From: Felis catus
Lineage: Eukaryota
Direction: 5' to 3'
Assembly: GCF_018350175.1 (NCBI RefSeq)
Contig: NC_058373.1
Coordinates: forward strand, 112,346,001 to 112,410,000
DNA: 64,000 nt
The notes beneath the pieces were generated by a model. It did no database searches. It was not told the DNA's origin and saw nothing but the letters and a program-made list of their open reading frames with translations. Positions 1 to 13,973 of the stretch are shown here, piece after piece (position 1 is the stretch's first letter; every line of letters starts with the position of its first letter). A program made the translations under genes and the position numbers.

Positions 1-830
1 TTCCTTTTTTGGCATAGTTGTATGAATTTTAACACATGTATAGGTGCATGTCTCCATGACCATAGTCAGGATAGAAAATAATCCCAATGAAACCAAAACT
101 TCTCATGTGCTATTTCATTTTAGTTATGCCTTCCTTTACTTATAACCTCTGGCAACCACCATTTTGATCTTCATCACTGTAGTTTTATCTTTTTAAGAAT
201 GTTGTATCAGTGGAATCATACATTATTTAGCCTTAGGTGAGACTGGTTTCCTTCATTCTGCATAATGTTTTTGAGATTCAACCAAGTTGCATGTATCAAT
301 AGTTCATTCCTTTTTATTGCTGAGTAGTATTTTGTTGTACAAATGTGCCACAGTTCATCCATTCACCAGTTGAAGGACAGTTAGGACATCTGGGTGTTTT
401 TGTTTTTTGTTTTTTGTTTTTGTTTTGGAGTATTTGAGCAGAGCTGCTGTAAACATTCATGTACAGGTTTTTGTGTGAACATATGTTTTCGTTTCTCTAG
501 GGTAAATACCTAGATTGCTGGGATTGCTGGGTCCTATGGTAAGTGTATGTTTAACTTTTAAGAAACTGCCAAACTGCTTTCTTGAGTAGCTGTGCCATTT
601 TGCATCCCCCAACAATGTGTGAGAATTCTAATTGCTCCACATACTTGCTAGCATTTGTTATTGTATTTTTAGTCATTCTAGTAGGTATGTACTGATATCT
701 CATTGTGATTTGCATTTCTCTATTGGTTAATGATGTTGAACATATTTACATGTGCTTATTTGCCATCCATATATCCTATTTGGTGAAATGTCTGTTCAGG
801 TCTTTTGCCCATTTTTTAGTTGAGTTGTTG
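1..830 (-). mobile_element. Old L1 (L1M-type) 3' region fragment
   Basis: Antisense L1 3' motifs (gggtaaatacctag, gaaactgccaaactg, atctcattgtg, tgatgttgaacat). Confidence 0.8.
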
Positions 831-2094
831 TTGTTTTTTAAGGCTAGCTAAATATCTCCCCATCCCCATCCCCCACCCCCCTCAGTTTTCTTCTTTTCTC
901 TTTTGTCATTACCATGTGTTTGGAGCTGTGATAGGGTCTGTCTAAATATAAACCCACTATGCCATCTTGATAGGAAGTTCAAGGCAGGCTATTTTTGAAG
1001 TCAGAATTATTTATGTGAAAGGATTACAAAAAACAATAGAAATGGAAGGGCATAATTAGAAAGATTTAAATAATCCCACTAGATATTCCTTTTTAGGTAT
1101 GTATTCTGATGTAGAAAATGAAATGAAACTAGTTTACATTCAGAGCAACTGATTTTGAGAGATTAGCCTAACTTTGGGCCCCAAATTATAAATGCCTCCA
1201 TTTAAAAACTAGTTTTAAAAACCTGTTTATACAGTCTTATATTAAATGAGTTCATTTAATTTAATTCTTATATTATTGAGTTCATTGAAGATTTACAGAC
1301 ATGTTTTCTTTCATTGCCGTTTTAAATCGATGATCCTTCATGGCAATTGTAATAGCATCTTTGGGTACTAGAATATACAAAGACTTCTACTTCAAGCATT
1401 CATTACATGTTCTAATTAAAAAAAACAAATTGGTAATGTTTATTGAGTACTAAGATTTTAAAATATTTTCCCAAGCTTTGTCAAGAACGTAATGATAAAA
1501 TGATGGCTTAATAGAAAGCAACTTGTAATTACCACTTTTAAATAAAAGGCAAGGCAACACTGATTTAAGTGAACAAAGACTGAGATGTTTGGCATTTATA
1601 AATAGAAATGACTGCTTATATAAATTACATCTTTAGAAATTTGTCTATAATTATATTGGCAGAATTATGTTTTCTAAGGGAAATATTCTAGGAGAAAGAA
1701 GATACTTTTTTTTAACATTAAATCATAAGGTAGAACATGCTATGTGGTTTTTGAAGGTACTGTGTAATTTTATTCTTAAAGCTTCCATGTTTTTCTCATA
1801 AACCAAAGTATTAAATTACAAGAAAGGTAGTTGTGGTTTCACTGTCATTATTTATATGTTCCCTTCTGAATCCACTGGATCCTGTGATTTAAGTGTGTTT
1901 AAACAAGGCTGTCGTCAAAAATCATCTTGACTGTTAAAAAGTGTGTGCTAATATATTTTCCAAGGGATAGTTTTCTTCCCCTTCTAGAGGTTTCCAGGAC
2001 AATCTTATTGTTCCCATTCGTTCTGTCTGCCTTCCATTCATTCTTGTGTAACACAGGATTCAATATTAATAATACAGGATATTTGTAGCATCCT

Positions 2095-2540
2095 CTGTCA
2101 GATATGTTGTATAAGAAAACACCCCAAAACTTAGGAATCGAAAACAATAACAATTTACTTATAACAGTTCTGTTGGTAGCCTGGTCAGTTATGCTGGCTT
2201 CACCTGGACTTAGTCTAGTCATCTGGTTGCATGTAGCTGATAGATCATCAGGGCACCAGGCTCAGCTAGGGTGACTGGAATGCCTGGGTTTCTCATTTCA
2301 TGTGATGTTTCATTTTCAGGGAGGCCAGTTCAGGTTTTTTCACCTCATACTGGTACATATTAGTAGGAGAAAGTCCTATGCACAAACCCAAATTAAGCTT
2401 CTGATTGATTCATGTTTGCTAGTGTTCCATTGGTCAAAACAAGTCACATGACTACATCTAGAGTCATGAGGAAAGGGACAACCAAGGATAGATATAGGAA
2501 GTGAGATTTATTGAGGGACATTAATGTAACAATTCACCAC
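2095..2540 (-). mobile_element. MaLR (MLT1-like) LTR, degraded
   Basis: Motifs aacaccccaaaacttag, cattggtcaaaacaagtcacatg typical of old MLT1 LTRs. Confidence 0.6.
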
Positions 2541-2892
2541 AAACACAAATGTTCACAGCACTTTTAGGATTTAACATATTATGCCTTGTAACTTTGTTTC
2601 CTTATAATTAGCTTTAGTGGGAATCTCTGTTGCTATAAAACTTTACTTAGCATATAATACTAGAGGAGTTTTATGAAAAAGGACCAGGTATTGGGTAAGA
2701 ATACAAAAACTGAAATTAACAATTTCTGGTTTACATAGATCTGCTAATATTTGAATAATATTTTCTATTAGCTGTTATCTTAATGATGAATATCTCAAAG
2801 TATCCACCTGGCTCTGCCCATGCTATATTCATAGTGGCTTAAATAAAATAGATTATGTATCTTTTTATTCTTTGAGAATCTGAACAAGTAGC

Positions 2893-3637
2893 CTTTTTTT
2901 TTTTTTATTTCAAGTTTTTGTTTAAATTCTAGTTGGTTAATATATATGGTAAAATTGGTTTTGGTTGTGGAGTTTGGTGATTCATCACTTATATGTGGCA
3001 TCCAGTGCTCATCACTAGTGCTGTCCTTGATGCTCATCACCCATTTGGCCCACCCACCATCCACTTCCCTCCATCAACCCTCAGTTTTTGTTCTCTGTAG
3101 TTAGGAGTCTCTTTGGGTTTGCCTCCCTCTTTTTTTTTCTTTCCCTTCCCCTATGTTTGTCTATTTTATTTCTTAGATTCCACAAATGAGTGAAATCGTG
3201 TGGTATTTGTCTTTCTCTGTCTGACTTATTTTGCTTAACATAATACACTCTGGCTCTATCCGCGTTGTTGCAAATGGCAAGATTTGATTCTTTTTAATGG
3301 CTGAGTAATATTACATTGTATGTATACCATATCTTCTTTATCCATTCTTCAGTCAGTGGCCATTTGGACTGTTTCCACAGTTTGGCTGTTTTCGATAGTG
3401 CTGCTGTAAATATCAGGGAGCATATATGCCTCTTTGGTTCAGTATTTTTGTCTCCTTTGGGTTAATACCTAGTGTTGCATTTGCTAGGTCATAGGGTATT
3501 TCGAATTTTGACTTTTTGAGGAACCTCTGTACTGTTTTCCACAGTGGCTGCACCAGTTTGTATTCCTACCCACAGTGTACACGGGTTCTCCTTTCTGCGC
3601 ATACTTGCCAACATCTGTTTTTTCCTGTGTTGTTAAT
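2893..3637 (-). mobile_element. 5'-truncated carnivore L1 (3' end)
   Basis: PolyT tail, antisense L1 3'UTR, TSD tgaacaagtagc at 2881-2892 and 3638-3649. Confidence 0.92.
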
Positions 3638-3750
3638 TGAACAAGTAGCTTTTTAAAGGCAATATTGAGTTTATTTATTTTAATTCTTCAGAATGTAGGA
3701 ATTTCAAAGCCTAAGAGATAACAGTATCATTTTATCTGTATAAATGTCTT

Positions 3751-3987
3751 TTTTTTTTAAAGATTGCTTTAAAAAAAATTTTTTTTTTTACATTTATTTT
3801 TGAGAGACAAAGAGAGACAGCATGAGCAGGGAAGGGGCAGAGAGAGAGGGGGACACAGAATCAGAAGCAGGCTCCAGGCTCCGAGCTGTCAGCACAGAGC
3901 CCGATGCGGGGCTCGAACTCACAAACCATGAAATCATGACCTGAGCTGAAGTCAGACGCTTAACTGACTGAGCTACCCAGGCGCCCC
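3751..3987 (-). mobile_element. Can-SINE (SINEC)
   Basis: tRNA-derived head, (GA)n tract, T tail; TSD tgtataaatgtctt. Confidence 0.95.
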
Positions 3988-4114
3988 TGTATAAATGTCT
4001 TAAAAATATTTTTGATAAATTAATTTGCCAAGACATGTGTTTTAAGACAAACTTGCTCCCAATCAGATAAAACACATATGTCTGGGAACCAAGAGTAGAA
4101 GTGGGGCTGCCCAT

Positions 4115-4734
4115 TGACACCTGGGCTCTGTTGCATTCAAGATTTTAGAATCCTTTTTTTTTTTTTTTTTTTTCAACGTTTATTTATTTTTGGGACAGAG
4201 AGAGACAGAGCATGAACGGGGGAGGGGCAGAGAGAGAGGGAGACACAGAATCGGAAACAGGCTCCAGGCTCTGAGCCATCAGCCCAGAGCCTGACGCGGG
4301 GCTCGAACTCACGGACCGCGAGATCGTGACCTGGCTGAAGTCGGACGCTTAACCGACTGCGCCACCCAGGCGCCCCAAGATTTTAGAATCCAAGTGGGCA
4401 GTGCTCCTATAGGGCTATAATGGTTCTATTAAAATTAAAGCTGAGACTTGATACCTGGCCACTTGCAGCTCTAGATACTACTGGACAAAGAGGCAAGGGG
4501 GAGGGGGGTCTGGTGGTTGTTAATAGGTTGTTAGAAGTTATTGATTTTGGCTATCAGGGGCATGTAAGGTTGTTGCTATGTAATGCGGACAGGGAGAAGT
4601 ATGGATGGAACCTAAGTTATTTATCTGCCAAGCTGCAAAAAGTTAATGAAGACACCTACATCGTTATATGGGAAGGGCCCCCAAAACCAAACCCTGGCCA
4701 ACTAAGATGCTGTCTGAAAGGAAAGGGAAGATGA
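4115..4734 (+). pseudogene. ERV-L pol dUTPase-region relic, split by a SINE
   Basis: ORF 4420-4734 segments LKLKLRL, VIDFGYQGHVRLLLCNADREKYGWN and KGKG resemble the ERV-L dUTPase/pol C-terminus (recalled as WKLRL, VIDPDYQ-EI-LLLHNGGKEEY-WN). Confidence 0.7.
4154..4376 (-). mobile_element. Young SINEC_Fc-type SINE
   Basis: CpG-rich, long pure T tail; perfect TSD aagattttagaatcc at 4139-4153 and 4377-4391. Confidence 0.97.
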
Positions 4735-5100
4735 AGTAGGGAGTGAAAAAAGAAAGTCACAAGCACCACATATCGTAAATATCTTGTGAAAAATTATAGA
4801 TGTGATTACTGTTGTCTTGTATTTACTTCTTTATTTTGCCATGTATTTCATGTAATCTCCCTTTCTTCCACACTATTGTGTATTGTGTTATGTTGGTGGT
4901 TTGCTTTACAGTTTAGACCGTAGTTACATTATATAAAGATAGGATTATATCATCACTAGAGGAGGAATAAAATATCACAAAGAATAAAATATTCAATTTG
5001 GAGCTGACTGCAGAGACTATTGAGACATTGGGTCATTTCCCTTTGGGAAGATGAGTACATTTTCTATTCTATGATGGGTCATTGTTTTTAGGCAAGAGGA

Positions 5101-5300
5101 TTTATTTTAATTTTTAAAATTTTTATTTATTTTTGATAGAGCACGAGTGGGGGAGGCACAGAGAGAGGGAGACACAGAATCTGAAGCAAGCTCCAGGCTC
5201 TGAGCTATCAGCACAGAGCTCAACATGGGGCTTGAACCCATGGACTGCAAGACCATGACCTGAGCTGAAGTCGGACTCCTAACTGAGTTACCCAGACACT
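5101..5300 (-). mobile_element. Can-SINE
   Basis: SINEC core motifs (gacacagaatctgaagc, catgacctgagctgaag). Confidence 0.9.
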
Positions 5301-5324
5301 GTAGGAGGATTTAATGTAGAGATT

Positions 5325-5530
5325 TTTTTTTAATTTTTAAAAAAAATTATTTATTTTTGAGAGAGAGTGAGCGGGGGAGGGACAGAGAGGGAGGGAGGGA
5401 GAATCCCAAGCAGGCTCCGCACTGTCAGCACAGAGCCCTATATGGGGCTTGAACCCACAAACCGTGAAATCATGACCTGAGCTGAAACCAAGAGTCAGAC
5501 ACCTAACCAACTGAGCCACCCAGGCACCCC
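5325..5530 (-). mobile_element. Can-SINE
   Basis: SINEC core ending ccacccaggcacccc. Confidence 0.92.
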
Positions 5531-5596
5531 TAGATTTTTGTTTTAACATAAAGGACGAGTGGTGCATATGGATGTTAGGAAAGCAAGGTGATAGAC

Positions 5597-6103
5597 AGCA
5601 GTGAGTCTTGCCATTTTGTTGGCTGTCCAACATCTGAATCTTCCTTCCATTTCAAACCTTGTTCACCAATGAATCAGTTTTGGTGGGGACTGAGTTCTGC
5701 CTACCCTTGTTAGAGTAACGAGGACATACATTCCATTTCTTACTTGGCAGCAAGGAGTGAGCACATGACCTAGCTTTGTCCCAACACAAACTCTACTGGA
5801 ACTTTGAATCTGGAGAGTTATGCAGTGATGCAGGAAACAAAGATTATTTCCTGGGGTGGTAGTAAGTGTCCAGGGGCTAATGTCCAACTGTCCCAGTACT
5901 AGTGCAAGAGGTTTTCGCAGCATAATCTTAATCAGTATTTCTGAGCCAAGACTCTTCTGCTTATATTTCCTTGATTCCTTACCATTTTCCAAATCTGGTT
6001 CTCCATATTTCTTAGGTTCAGTAGGTTAGCTGTTAATTTCCTTTCTGTTTAAATATGCCAGAATCAGCTTCTGTCATCCACAACAGGATCTCTGAACAGT
6101 GTA
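5597..6103 (+). mobile_element. ERV-L-class LTR (LTR33/LTR16-like), probable 3' LTR of the dUTPase relic
   Basis: Follows purine-rich tract; contains cacatgacctag and terminal gccagaatcagcttctgt..caac motif. Confidence 0.55.
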
Positions 6104-7290
6104 AAACAAAAAAGTACCCATCACAGGGCTTTGTAGATGCACATTTAATGGTGATGTCTTTGCCTCCTTCCTTTCCTTCTTGCTCCCTTCCCAGTTGCAT
6201 TAAAAGATCTTTAGACACCTATTTCTCTTCACTACCCTCCCTCACCTCCCCCCGAAAGGGTGCTTAGTGTGTTGCCTTATACAAAGAGTAGTTAATGTTG
6301 ACTTATGCCTAACCTGCACACTTAGCAAAGTAGAATTCATCACTAATTCCTCAAAGGTTCTAGATAGCATGTATGAAAATACAAAAATGCCCTGGCAAGC
6401 GAACTGAAAACATAATTGGTGATATAGTTTTGGCTAGCTTCTTTGGTTACAGCGTTTATAATGCTTAAATGGTAGGAAGAGTTCAATATGTTTACTTTTA
6501 CCTAACAAACAATATGGGAGTTCCTTCTTGAAATTTGCTTGGGCCATAAATTTCTAGGAATGACTGATTAAAAGTGGTACTCCTACACACAAAAGAGGAG
6601 AAAAATAATAAACTGTGTAAATTTTAACAAAACAAAAAAAAAATGTGTGCTACTTCAGAATTATGTGTGGATTAAATCCCTTAAAACAGTTTTTTTTTTT
6701 CAGTTATTTGAGTTATAAATATATCTAGTAGTTGTGGAATTCCATATTTTGATTTGGGATTTCCTCTTGCCCTTGATTTTCATTTTGGTTTGAAAATGTT
6801 TCTTTGATCTGGCTGGAATTTATAGTAAATGGCACTGATTACTGTCTGCCAGAGATTTGATAGTCTTAACATATTCATTATTTTAGGAGTAGTTTAGTAA
6901 TTCATTTGAAAAATTATTTAAAATTATTTTCTGTTTAAATCTTGAAAAAGTGACATTTTTCCCACTTAAATCCTTCAAACCAAAGTTTCCAGTTGAAGAG
7001 TTTAGTAATCTTTATCATGATGTGTTAACAAGTATCACTGTAGAAGACTGATGGTTTATTAGCTTCATGAAGAACTATAGCATTCTGATAGTGTATACTC
7101 TCAGAATTTATTTTAGGAAATGACATAAATACCTTGTTATAATTGATCTTTTTTACAATATTTTGTATATAATCATCAGACCCATATATTTTTTATATTG
7201 TAGACTTTAAACAAATCTTTGTTTTTTCTAGCCTTGAAATGTGGTTCTTCTGTTAAGGGCTTTGTTACACATTTGAAGTCATCCTTCTTT

Positions 7291-7516
7291 TATTTTTTAT
7301 TTATTTATTAAAAATTTTTTTAAATGTTTATTCTTGAGAGAAAGAGCATGAGTAGAGGAGGGCAGAGAGAGAGAGAGGGAGACACAGATCTGAAGCAGAC
7401 TCCAGGCTCTGAGCTGTCAGTACAGAGCCTGACTTGGGGCTTGAACCCATGAACTGCAAGCTCATGACCTGAGCTGAGGTTGGACACTTAACTGACTGAG
7501 CCACCCAGGTGCTCCA
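7291..7516 (-). mobile_element. Can-SINE
   Basis: SINEC core; imperfect TSD aagtcat(c/t)cttcttt. Confidence 0.93.
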
Positions 7517-7969
7517 AGTCATTCTTCTTTTAATTGTTCATATCATTTAGTATAGAATTCACTGTTATAAATGGAATTAATAATGCAATGCTATTATCAT
7601 TAATATAATCTTGAATTAATAGATATTTCTATACTCTGTTTAATCCTGAGATTTCTTGAGTCTAAGGTAGCATTGACTATAATTGCTGTTTTAACTTATT
7701 TCATAACCATTGCTTTATAGAATCATGTTATGGATGGAGAAATTGGTGTCCAAATGACAAAGAAATAGTTTACCCAGGGTCAGACAAATACTTAGTTGTC
7801 AGACTAACTGGAATATAAATTATCTTATTTTTAGTTTAGTGTTTTTGTCTATATGTATGTTTGTGTCTTATTTCATGTGTGTGTATTGTTTATAAAATTG
7901 GGCTGAGTAAATTGAAGTTAATATCTTAATTTGTAAACCTAGTTACTTGCAGAATATGTACTGCATTAA

Positions 7970-8455
7970 TTTTCTATTTCTAGAACATATTGTTATTTCT
8001 ATAACAAATTACCATAAACTAGGTAGCTTAAGCAATACAAATTTGTTATCTTATAATTCTGTAGAATCTCCTTTGGCTAACACCAGGGTGTCAACAGTGC
8101 TGCCTTCTTTTCTGTAGGCTGTAGAGGAGAATGTGATGATACCTTGCCCTTTTTCAGGTTCTAGAGGCTGCTGGCTTTCTTTGGCTTGTGGGTACCTCTT
8201 TTCATCTTCAAAGCCAGTAATACTGGGTCTGGTCCTTCTGACATTGCCATCTGTTCTGTTCTCTTTCTTTGAAAACAACTGAGAAAGTTTCTTTCTTTCT
8301 TTCTTTTTTTTTTTTTTAAAGACTCAAGGTATTATAGTGGGCCAAACCAGATAATCCAGGATAATCTGTCTCATGGCCCATAATCTTAATTACATTTGCA
8401 AACTCCCTTTTGCCATGTAAGATAATAAAATCTGGGGATTAAGATGTTGACAGCT
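7970..8455 (-). mobile_element. MaLR LTR (MLT1C/D-like)
   Basis: ataacaaattaccataaact...ttctagaggctgc...ataatccaggataatct...ttttgccatgtaag motifs. Confidence 0.8.
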
Positions 8456-9195
8456 TTTAATAAGGAGGCACATAAATAATTTTTTATTTTTAAGGGATTT
8501 TATTGATTTAAATATATAATCTGTGAAGAACTTTTTATTAAACAGTATGTAAAGCTCTAGACTTCTTTAAGAATTACAATCATTTAATCATAAGACTCAT
8601 AAACTTAAGTTTCTTTAATGCTAGAAATATAATTGTAAAGAATAGTATAGGATGTAATATCTGGCACAGGTAATTTTGTACACAACAAATTAAGATGGAA
8701 TTTAAACCTCATACTGCATGTATAGGGTTTGCAATTTAGTGGGTTTAGTATATATGTATCTAATTCTTTGTTGATGGTTTCACTTTTGTTTCAAAGGCAG
8801 AGAAATAAAAAGTTCTTTCTGTATTCTGAATACTAGACTTCATTTAAATGACCTTGCTCCTTTTCATTTAGCTCTCTAAATTTTTCATCTGACACTTTTT
8901 AATGCTCATTTGAAAGTTCAGCTAGACCTTAGTATAGCACCAACCTCTTTCTAGTTTAAAGGAAATGTTCCTTACTAAGCTAGTAATGAAACTAGCTGCT
9001 ATATTCTTATTTTTACATATCAGTTTCAGTATATTTGTTTCTGTTTATGATAACCAAATACTTTTTTCAGTACTTTGGTTCTAGTAATAGGTATCCTATC
9101 TAATTCATTGCCATCTCTTTTTAGAGAAAGGACGTTTGCTCCTAAAACCTAGACCCTATGGCTAGTTTATTTTGCCAACTCATCTTGGTAATTTT

Positions 9196-9420
9196 TTTTT
9201 TTTTAATTTTTTTTTTTCAACGTTTATTTATTTTTGGGACAGAGAGAGACAGAGCATGAACGGGGGAGGGGCAGAGAGAGAGGGAGACACAGAATCGGAA
9301 ACAGGCTCCAGGCTCTGAGCCATCAGCCCAGAGCCCGACGTGGGGCTCGAACTCACGGACCGCGAGATCGTGACCTGGCTGAAGTCGGACGCTTAACCGA
9401 CTGTGCCACCCAGGCGCCCC
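9196..9420 (-). mobile_element. Young SINEC_Fc-type SINE
   Basis: Near-identical to 4154-4376; TSD ttggtaatttt. Confidence 0.97.
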
Positions 9421-12269
9421 TTGGTAATTTTGTTTGACTGCTTGCATTTCTGTTCACTGGACATGTGATGACTTTCTGATACCAAGTACTGGTAATTTCT
9501 AGTCTGAGTTTTCTTGCCCACTGACAAGCCCTTGGTTCTGCTGTTCAGTTTAAGTGAGACCATAGCAAGTTTTTATTATCTTAAATGTTTTACATTACTG
9601 ACATGGTAGATACACATGGTATCTTGTGTACTTGATGAATAAAATAATTGCATCTTCCATTTGAAGCATTCAGGGGGCATGAACATATATTCTAAATGAT
9701 TTCCTAATGATTTCTGAAGTCCTATTCATCCTTAAACCTCCAGGGATATAGATAGCTATTTCTATGTAAATGTGGCTCCTTATTAAATTACAAGGAGATT
9801 TAAACCTTCCATTAGACTCAAAAATAACTATGCTTAGCATTTACCATAGTGGGTCCTACATTTTTGGATTTCATGGACTAGTAAAATGTATTAAAAAAGT
9901 GTGGAAGATGGACAAAGAAGTGACAACTTTTTATTTTTCTAAGAGCATAATAAAATACAACTGTTATTAGCTGTTGCTGTTGTATCATAAAATATCAAAA
10001 AAGTGGGAAGGACAAAAATCATTGAATAAAAAAGGCCTCTAAATTCTGTAAAGTTAGCTGTATAGAAAAACTTAATACATTATCATTCAGTTGTCTCAGT
10101 TTACTGAGAATGACTAAAATTCATTTAAAAAAATTGATCTTGGGTACCACTAATATAGTTCTAGCCTTTTATTTTATTTAGGTGGGGCTCGAGACTCTGT
10201 GTGTGGCTTTTTTTAAATCCTAAAGCTAGCCAGTGGTTGAAAGTAAAGAGTAGGAAGAATTTAGAAGTAGTAGTATTTTTCTTAAGGTGACTTCTTGTGA
10301 TCACAAATCCAACATTTTGGTGTGGTAAATAGCAATTTATCCTTTCTGTCCACGGCTATACTCCATTTCCTACAAAAATACCACATTGTCTCCACTTAAA
10401 AGGTATTTAGTACTATCTAATCCTCTGTGTTTTCCATGCCCTTGAACCTTAATTTTGTTGTTGTGGCAACCTAACACTTCTTTTCTCATGGTCTACTTAG
10501 TACTTTATTTATGATTTATTTGTATTTGAAAAATTAAAATATATACACATGATATATTCAGTATATTATTTGTTTAAAATGAAAGATATTTCTTGACCTC
10601 AACCCCTTGTCTTTTTCTTTAAAGGTAAACACTATAAATTTCTAGTGTAACCTTTTAAAAAAACATTTTATACATGTACTAGTAGCTGGCTTTATTTAGA
10701 TATGTCTTCTAATGTATACAACTATTAAAACAGACACAAATGGGTTTACACCAATGGTACATTTTTAGCCTTATTTCAGGTTTTACTTTGGCCTCACTGT
10801 TGTGTTTTGTTTTGTTTTTGTATTTAAGAGCACATGTTTAATTTATGCTCTCTCTGATTTTTTTTTTTTTTTTTTTTTTTTAGTATACTTGTACTTGAAA
10901 TTCTTCCTGGTACAAGTAAGGACAGAAAAAGAAATAGTACTTTGTTTTATTTTTAGTATGCTACAATTAAATCTAGATTGATAATTATAAGTTACTTCTT
11001 TACAAGTGTTAATATAATTGTAAGCCAAGAATTTTTTAACACTGGAAAGTATTAGAAAATGTTATTCCTTGCCGTGTATATCATTAAATCTTTTCCTCGA
11101 ATTTTATGGCAAAGTTTTTGTAATTAGTAAAGTTTGCTATGTCTAGTTAGTGTTTATGTTGGATGATTCATCTATAAAATGGGAGGAAGATAAGGGGGTT
11201 ATGTGTGCATGTCAGATTTTGTTTAATTTACAAAGGTGGTATTAAAAGAAATTACCACAAGGAAAGGGTTATTGTATGCCACTATTTATGCCCATTCATA
11301 AAAATTCAGTTTATTATAGCAGTCACAGTTTAAAGGATTTGGTAGAACCTGTGATGGTAAATATATTGTCCATTCCATTTGCTGATCTTTTATGGCTGAG
11401 TGTTGTGTACTTCTTTAATTACACTTCTCTTTCATACTGAAAAATACTATTGTTTTGGGCAGATTATTGAACTGTGGGCTGAGAGTCCTTCTCTTTGATG
11501 ACAATGGACATCTTTCAGAAAAAAGTGGTGCTTTGAACATCATAGGTTAGTTTTACCTGGACTTGACACATTTCTTAGTGAATGTGGTGTCTTGACAAAA
11601 GAAATCTGCTAAACTGGTGTAGGATACATGCATTTTTTTGGTCATGCTGTTTCTTATTGTGTTTAACTTAGATATGCCGTTTATAATAAAAGGTACTTCT
11701 TAGAAGCAACTAGTAAGTAACCCAATAATGCTGGGTGTTTGACCTTTCAAAATTAAGTAATTTTATGTGAAAACCTTCTCGTATAACGAACAAGATAAAC
11801 CTAATGATTATACAACCCATAATTCTGAAAGAGTTGGTTGCATTGTGTGATTCACAAATTTGGAAAACTATTTCTCACTTTTAGGCCTTGCTTGATGTAC
11901 TTTACATATAAACTTAAATGTACGAGTATAAATATGTTTGCTAAGGTTATTTAGCTTGAAAACTGGTTGTCAAATTTCTTTTGTTTTCTGAAGTTCTGAT
12001 TTGTCTCCATACCATACCAAAAATCAATGTTGTAATTATGGTAGTAATGACTATTAATATGTTTAAAGTGACATGTAGTTTGAGTTTGCTATATCCAAAG
12101 TTAGGAAGGAATTTCTGCTTTGTAGGGTATGGGAAACTGTTAGTTTATTATCAGGGAATAGTATTTAAATAATACTAGTTTTTTGTTTTTGCTTTTGAGC
12201 CTAAACTTTCTAAAAAATTTTTTTTAATGAGCTAGCAAGTTTGGTTATTGTATTCATCAACTAAGAACT

Positions 12270-12420
12270 GAGTAAACTTGGGTTTCAGTTCCAACTCTGC
12301 CATTTATTTAGTTGTATGACCTTGGGAAAAACCCTGTGGAATTAGTTTTTTCTACTTTTTAAATAGTGGAGTTGAATTCCTTGTTTATGTCTGAAATCCA
12401 GTCTGCTTCTAAAATATTTG
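12270..12420 (+). mobile_element. MIR fragment
   Basis: MIR core-like ctctgccattta..tgtatgaccttggg. Confidence 0.5.
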
Positions 12421-13465
12421 GTGACATTTTATGATTCCCACCCCTGCCCTGGCCAAAATATTTTGACTTCTACTTAAATATACCTCTTTCTATACATAAA
12501 TATCATTTAGGACTCAGAAATTGGGAAGGTGCAAGTTTTAAATCAGTCAGAATCTTATTAATAATCCTTTTGCTTCAAGAAACAAAAATCTCAATCTGAC
12601 CTTATGCCTAAAGGAACTAGAAAAAGAAGAATGAAGTCAAAAATTAGTAGAATGAAGGGAATAACAAAGATCAGAGTGAAAGTAAATGAAATAGAGACTA
12701 AAAAAACTCAATAGAACAGGTAAATGAAACTAAGAGCTGGTTCTTTGAAAAGATAAACAAAATTGATAAACCTTTAGCCAGACTCATCAAGGAAAAGGTA
12801 AAAGGCTCAAATGAAACCAAAAATGAAACAGGAGAACTAACAATGCATTCCACAGATACACAAGGGATAATAGTAGACTACTATGAAAAATTATATGCCA
12901 GCAAATTGGACAACCTAGAAGTGGTTAAATTCCTAGAAACATGCAATTTTCTAAAACTGAGGAGGAAATAGAAAATTTGAACAGATCTATTACTAGTAAC
13001 AAAATTGAATTGATAATCAATAACCTCCTAACAGACATGGTCTAGGACCAGATGGCTTCACAGATTAATTCTACCAAACAGCTAATTCTACCTATTCTTC
13101 TCAAATTGTTATAAAAACTACAAGGGGAAGGAAACCTTCCAAGTTTATGAGTCTAGCATTATCCTCATACCAAAACCAAAGACACTAAATAAAGAAAACT
13201 GTAGGCCAATATCTCTGAAGAACATAGATGCAAAAATACTTAAAATATTGGCAAACAAAATTCAGCATTACAAGAATCATTCATGATGATCAAGTAGGAT
13301 TTATTCCAGCAGTGCAGAGACGGTTCAAAATCCACACATCAATGTGATACCTCCCATTAAGGAAATGAAGGATAAGAGCTGTACAATCATCTTCATAAAT
13401 TAAGGAAAAGCATTTGATAAAATTCAACATCCATTCAGGATAAAAACTCTCAACAAAGTGGCATA

Positions 13466-13661
13466 GGGGCACCTGGGTGTCTCAGTATGTTAAGTGTCTG
13501 ACTCTTGATTTTGGTTCAGGTGATTATCTCGTGGTTTGTGAGATCAAGCCCTGCATTGGGCTCTGCACTGACAGTGCAAAGCCTGCTTGGGATTCTCTCT
13601 CTCCTTCTCTCTCTGCCCCTCCATCCCCTGTCAGAATAAATAAATAAGCATTTTAAAAAAA
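13466..13661 (+). mobile_element. Can-SINE inside L1
   Basis: ggggcacctgggtg head, (CT)n tract, aataaa tail. Confidence 0.92.
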
Positions 13662-13767
13662 GCACCATGGATTTAGAGGGAATATATCTCAACATAATAA
13701 AGGCCTTATATAACAAACCCACAGCTAACATCATACTTAATGGTGAAAAGCTGAAAGCTTTCCCTTC

Positions 13768-13973
13768 AAAAAAAAAATGTTTAATATTTATTTCTGAGAC
13801 AGAGCGTGAATGGGAGAGGGGCAGAGAGAGAGAAGGAGACACAGAATCTGAAACATGCTCTGGGCTCTGAGCTATCAGCACAGAGCCCAAGGCAGGGCTC
13901 AAACTCGGAAACGATGAGATCATGACCTAGGCTAAAGTCGTACACTTAACCCACTGAACCACCCAGGTGCCCC
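13768..13973 (-). mobile_element. Can-SINE inside L1
   Basis: SINEC core; TSD tgaaagcttt(c/t)cctt. Confidence 0.92.
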
